Below are positions 62,522 to 64,000 of a stretch of DNA of 64,000 bases, one piece after another. Position 1 is the stretch's first letter. Every line of letters begins with the position of its first letter. This stretch comes from the human T2T-CHM13v2.0 reference genome, Homo sapiens. Location of the stretch: NCBI RefSeq assembly GCF_009914755.1, contig NC_060938.1; one strand, given 5' to 3'. Under the pieces are notes generated by a model that searched no databases, had not been told where the DNA came from, and saw nothing but the letters and a program-made list of their open reading frames with translations. The position numbers and the translations under genes were made by a program.

Positions 62522-62567
62522 TGGTGTTTTGCTTCTTTTATAGGTGGTGTTTTGCTTCTTTTATAGG
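62522..62567. repeat. Perfect 23-bp tandem duplication
   Basis: tggtgttttgcttcttttatagg x2. Confidence 0.95.
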
Positions 62568-62608
62568 CAAAAATATCAATATTCTAACATAAGGTAAAAA
62601 ATACTTAC

Positions 62609-62786
62609 CTGCACCAATTTCTGTAAACCATGAAGATGCAGAGTTCAAATTGATTGTCTCAAACTGAACTACCTGATTCGATTCAGTGCCTTTGCTAATA
62701 GCTACACAGACCATAGGGTATTCCTGTTCAGGTATCACCAGCATTTCAAAAACATTCAAAGGACTTGGCAAAGGAAAATCAAAGTG
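62609..62786 (-). CDS. MAP4K5: MAP4K5 coding exon (CNH domain)
   Basis: ttttgcAG|CAC...GCA G|GTAAGT; encodes HFDFPLPSPLNVFEMLVIPEQEYPMVCVAISKGTESNQVVQFETINLNSASSWFTEIGA; 178 nt. Confidence 0.97.
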
Positions 62787-63176
62787 CTGCAAAAAAAATA
62801 AACAATAGAGCCATAATTCAGAAACAATCTCCCCATTCATACCACTGTTGAATAAAGTCAACAGAAAGACTCCTATCTTCTTCATTTATCTAGTTCTAAA
62901 AAGGATTACCTCTAAGATGATAAGAAGGATGAATGTTCTATAAAAATGTGTTTTAGATAATTAGCCATATTAATCTTTATGACTGATGGTTCTGGAAGTT
63001 TATTATCAGTTAAAGAGTAAATCCTAAGAACACAAAAACCTCTAAATCAAATAAACAACTACAAATAACTATAAATGTTCTGACCCTAGATAGTAGTATT
63101 GGGATCTGCTAATTTTAGCTTCAGTTATACACTAGTGTTTTCTAAAGGAAAAAAATGTGAACAAAATAATATATAC

Positions 63177-63280
63177 CTTTATCAACATGAATTTCTGCAT
63201 TGGCTCATACCACTGAAGTAAAACAATTCCAGACTGTAAAGCTCCACAGAGGTATTTATGTCCCGTGTAAGGGTTTCTGA
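63177..63280 (-). CDS. MAP4K5: MAP4K5 coding exon (CNH domain)
   Basis: ttctttccAG|TC...AAG|GTATAT; encodes (V)[34 protein letters not shown]; 104 nt. All seven exons splice into one open frame. Confidence 0.97.
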
Positions 63281-63584
63281 CTGGAAAGAAATAAACAAAC
63301 AAAAAACCCAGACACACTCAAAATACTGAATACTTTCATTGTATCTGTTAACCAGGATGACAAGAGTGGGCAGAAAATAAAAAAAGACTGTGTCTTTTCT
63401 TTTGGCTTCATTGCCTTTTCCGTTTTACTTTCTTATCTCAATTTTAAATTATATATGTTTACTTCTAAACAACTTGCATATACTAGGTTGTTAAACATAA
63501 GAACTTTTGACAAGCACAATAACAACCTAACATGCAACCTAAAAAGGTGTTTTTTTCCCTTCCTCACTCCCTCCCGTCCTCCTT

Positions 63585-63850
63585 CTTTCTTTTTAAAGAG
63601 ACAGGGTCTTGCTCTGTCATTCAGGCTAGAATGCAGTGGCACAGTAATAGCTAACTGCAGCCTCAATCTCCCAGGCTCAAGCAATCCTCCCACATCAGCC
63701 TCCTGAGTAGCAGAGACTATAGGTGTATGCCACCATGCCCAGCTAATTTTTCAATTTTTTTTTTTTTTAAGAGATGGGGTCTCACTATGTTTCCCAGGCT
63801 GGTCTTGAACTCCTGGACTCAACCGATCTTCCCATCTTGGCCTCCCCAAA
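63585..63850 (-). mobile_element. AluJ element
   Basis: AluJ-type diagnostics (gctcaagcaatcctcccac, tctcactatgtt). Many further Alus across the window are not listed individually. Confidence 0.85.
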
Positions 63851-64000
63851 AAGTTGTTTCTTAGTAAACTCAAAGAATGAGTTCTGACAAGGTCTAGGAG
63901 GCAACTAAAATGCACCTCGTTTTGGTATAGCAGTGTACAGATGTCTACTTAAGATGAAAATAATTCATCTTGTATGTATTAATTTATCATGATGTAATCT

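Noticed and set aside
62787-62885. N-terminal parts of ORFs 62538..62885, 63132..63317 and 54006..54248 as coding
   Set aside because: These are intronic extensions of frames around true exons bounded by canonical AG/GT sites.

Overview
This is primate genomic DNA, almost certainly human, from the CDKL1-MAP4K5 locus (14q21-22, recognised from the encoded proteins). Both genes lie on the minus strand, head-to-tail. CDKL1 contributes a CpG-island promoter, a predicted non-coding first exon (donor at 25033) and the first coding exon (ATG 24088/24085, donor at 23917). Positions 1-23917 are its long next intron. MAP4K5 contributes its last seven coding exons (C-terminal CNH region, stop at 48244-48242) and a ~1.5 kb 3'UTR with tandem poly(A) signals. 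The rest is mostly interspersed repeats: dozens of Alus, L1, L2, MIR, an ERVL provirus remnant, THE1/MLT LTRs and hAT DNA transposons. The strongest finding is an L1PA2-type insertion in a MAP4K5 intron carrying a ~1.2 kb 3' transduction. It is bounded by a target-site duplication 1.88 kb apart and delivers sense-strand poly(A) signals into the intron. Second, a complete antisense AluS sits in the CDKL1 5' leader; it moved an ATG-TGA start-stop from 29 to 363 nt upstream of the CDS and added a uORF. Other findings are a twin-primed, 3'-truncated L1, a perfect 56-bp minisatellite and a 3'UTR hairpin. Repeat subfamily calls were made by eye from remembered consensus sequences, and repeat boundaries are approximate. 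No database search was run.
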